The position numbers and the translations under genes are program-made. The notes beneath the pieces are model-generated. The model made no database searches. It had not been told where the DNA came from and saw only the letters and a program-made list of their open reading frames with translations. A DNA stretch of 32,000 nucleotides. Origin: a bacterium (GTDB lineage: Bacteria; Auribacterota; Erginobacteria; Erginobacterales; DAOSXE01). The stretch covers positions 150,659-182,658 of the forward strand of contig DAOSXE010000001.1 of NCBI GenBank assembly GCA_035380285.1, written 5' to 3'. Positions 30,241 to 32,000 of this stretch are shown here, piece by piece; the first letter of the stretch is position 1; each line of letters opens with the position of its first letter.

Positions 30241-31551
30241 ATGGAAGATATGCTTCTGATCGATTCGCTGGGCCCCTGTCGCTTTCCCTCCCCTCTGGGG
30301 CTCTCCTCGACCCGGGGGGATAAAATCGTCAATTACGTCGGGGACGAAGAGAGGATCATCCTCGACGTCGATCTGGAGACATGCCGCCGCAATTGCGGAA
30401 ATCCGCCCTCCCTGGAAAAGGCCGGACCGCGGGCGGAACTCTTTTTCGACCCGTCCGCCACCACGGCCGCCATCGTCACCTGCGGCGGGGTTTCTCCCGG
30501 CCTCAACAACGTTATCCGGGGAGTCTGCCGGGAAGCCCGTCTCCGCTACGGAGTCCGGAGTATCCTGGGGATAAAATACGGCTACGAGGGGTTGGTTCCG
30601 GAATACGGGCATCAACCGGTGGAACTTACCCCCGAAACGGTTGAAGATATCGGGCATCTGGGCGGAACCGTGTTGGGAACCTCCCGAGGCCGTCAAGACC
30701 CGGCGACCATGGTCGATTTTCTCGTCTCCCGCGGCATCGACATACTCTTCGCCGTGGGAGGAGACGGAACCTTGAAGGGGGCGCTGCAGATCTACCGGGA
30801 AATTGCGCGTCGCGGCCTGCCGATCGCTGTGGCCGGCATCCCCAAGACCATCGATAACGACATCGGGTATATGGACAGGTCTTTCGGTTTTGAAACCGCC
30901 TTTTCCATCTCCAGCATGATCCTGGAAACGGCACACAGCGAAGCGGTCTCCCATTACAACGGGATCGCCGTGGTCAAGCTGATGGGAAGGGATTCTGGGT
31001 TTATCGCCGCCAACGCGGCCCTGGCCAATCCGGTGGTCAACTTCGTGCTGATTCCCGAAATGGATTTCGATCTTACCGGCCCCCGGGGTTTTCTCGAAGC
31101 CCTGGCCCGGAGGATCGAGGAGAAACACCACGCCCTGGTCGTCATCGGCGAAGGCGCGGGCCAGAACTTTTTCCCCGAGGGGGACCGCGAGACCGACGCC
31201 TCCGGCAACGTCCGGTACCACGATATCGGGGTTCGGCTCAAGAACGAGATCGCGAAGTTCATGGAGGCCCGAGGCACCGATTTCACCATCAAATACATCG
31301 ATCCCAGCTATATCATCCGCAGCACCCCGGCCATTCCCGACGACCGCAAGTTTTCGACCCTGCTGGCCCAGTACGCCGTTCATGGAGCCATGGCCGGCAA
31401 GACCGGTTTCGTCGTGGGGCGCCTCCACCAGGAATTCGTTCACATCCCCATCCCCGCGGCCGTCCGGGAAAAGAAACGGATCGATCTGGAAAGCCAGCTC
31501 TGGCTGGATGTTCTTCAAGCCACCGGGCAGCCGGTGAACATGAAAAACTGA
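30241..31551 (+). CDS. pfkA: ATP-dependent 6-phosphofructokinase (long plant/trypanosomatid-like clade)
   Basis: AIVTCGGVSPGLNNVIRG, FAVGGDGTLKGA (Gly at the ATP-type position), GIPKTIDNDI and VKLMGRDSGFIA. Confidence 0.85.
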   Translation: MEDMLLIDSLGPCRFPSPLGLSSTRGDKIVNYVGDEERIILDVDLETCRRNCGNPPSLEKAGPRAELFFDPSATTAAIVTCGGVSPGLNNVIRGVCREARLRYGVRSILGIKYGYEGLVPEYGHQPVELTPETVEDIGHLGGTVLGTSRGRQDPATMVDFLVSRGIDILFAVGGDGTLKGALQIYREIARRGLPIAVAGIPKTIDNDIGYMDRSFGFETAFSISSMILETAHSEAVSHYNGIAVVKLMGRDSGFIAANAALANPVVNFVLIPEMDFDLTGPRGFLEALARRIEEKHHALVVIGEGAGQNFFPEGDRETDASGNVRYHDIGVRLKNEIAKFMEARGTDFTIKYIDPSYIIRSTPAIPDDRKFSTLLAQYAVHGAMAGKTGFVVGRLHQEFVHIPIPAAVREKKRIDLESQLWLDVLQATGQPVNMKN

Positions 31552-31605
31552 AGCGGGTTCCGCTCCCGAACGCCGGGGGCGGGAAGCAAGCGAAGGAGCG
31601 GTTCA

Positions 31606-32000
31606 ATGAGTGTTTTAGTGGTCGGGTCGGTGGCTTTGGATACGGTGGAAACTCCGTACGGACGCGAACGGGAGGTTTTGGGGGGATCGGCCACCTATTT
31701 TTCCGTAGCTTGCAGCCGTTTCGCTCCGGTCAAGCTGGTGGGCGTGGTCGGGGACGATTTTCCGTCCTCGTCCCGCTCGTTATTGGAGAGCAGAGGAGTG
31801 GACCTGGCGGGCCTGGAAGTCGTCCCCGGGAGGACTTTGCGGTGGGGCGGGGCCTATCGGAACGACATGAATGAAGCCGTCACCGATTTCATCCACCTCA
31901 ACGTCTTCGAGAATTACCACCCCCGTCTTCCCGAGGAATATCGAGACAGCGAGTACGTTTTCCTGGCCAACATCGGCCCCGACCTCCAGATCGAGGTTCT
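31606..32000 (+). CDS. PfkB/ribokinase-family carbohydrate kinase, 3' end cut by window edge
   Basis: Not in the ORF track because no stop occurs before the window end. The ATG at 31606 is preceded by GAAGGAG. The translation is MSVLVVGSVALDTVETPYGREREVLGGSATYFSVACSRFAPVKLVGVVGDDFP..., a PfkB-family N-terminus. The substrate is unknown. Confidence 0.7.
   Translation, partial: MSVLVVGSVALDTVETPYGREREVLGGSATYFSVACSRFAPVKLVGVVGDDFPSSSRSLLESRGVDLAGLEVVPGRTLRWGGAYRNDMNEAVTDFIHLNVFENYHPRLPEEYRDSEYVFLANIGPDLQIEV

Noticed and set aside
31606-32000. PfkB-family kinase as the missing heptose-7-phosphate kinase HldA.
   Set aside because: The visible N-terminus (VLVVGSVALDTVETPYG...LGGSATYFS) resembles generic ribokinase-like sugar kinases rather than the HldE domain I pattern I remember. 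The gene is also truncated, so the assignment is left open.
1-32000. Horizontally acquired island or mobile element.
   Set aside because: I saw no integrase, transposase, tRNA attachment site, terminal inverted or direct repeats, or sharp compositional break. Only the short intergenic promoter gaps are AT-rich.

Overview
GC-rich, very gene-dense bacterial chromosomal segment, with most neighbouring genes joined by ATGA/GTGA-type start-stop overlaps. I found about 35 CDS and no rRNA, tRNA, CRISPR array, transposase or integrase. Most of the window is an exopolysaccharide / exosortase (PEP-CTERM-type) locus. (i) 1-8672 (+) carries a Wzx-like flippase, three GT4 glycosyltransferases, a WbpB-like dehydrogenase, a WbpD-like hexapeptide acetyltransferase, a NodB-type deacetylase, a radical SAM/SPASM-like enzyme and a small membrane protein. 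(ii) 14284-19197 (+) carries two domain-shuffled secreted paralogs, a divergent metallophosphoesterase, a compact exosortase and EpsI. (iii) 19207-21451 (-) carries a coiled-coil membrane protein and the priming polyprenyl-phosphate sugar-phosphate transferase. (iv) 21540-27759 (+) carries a GT2, a flippase-like membrane protein, rmlA/rmlB/rmlD, a Trm112-like zinc ribbon and an M24 aminopeptidase. (v) 27847-32000 (+) carries a PPi-type PFK, GmhA, a heptose-1-P adenylyltransferase, an ATP-type PFK and a PfkB-family kinase. The standout is a six-gene minus-strand operon (8603-14119) wedged into this locus. It encodes a LysM/coiled-coil secreted protein, a single polypeptide fusing a FliF-like transmembrane ring-building module to FliG middle and duplicated C-terminal domains, FlbD, MotA and two tandem MotB paralogs. 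That is a stator plus its torque-receiving rotor protein, with no other flagellar genes anywhere in the 32 kb. I read it as a candidate minimal, possibly non-flagellar, ion-driven rotary module. All calls rest on reading the translated ORFs against remembered family motifs; no searches were run.
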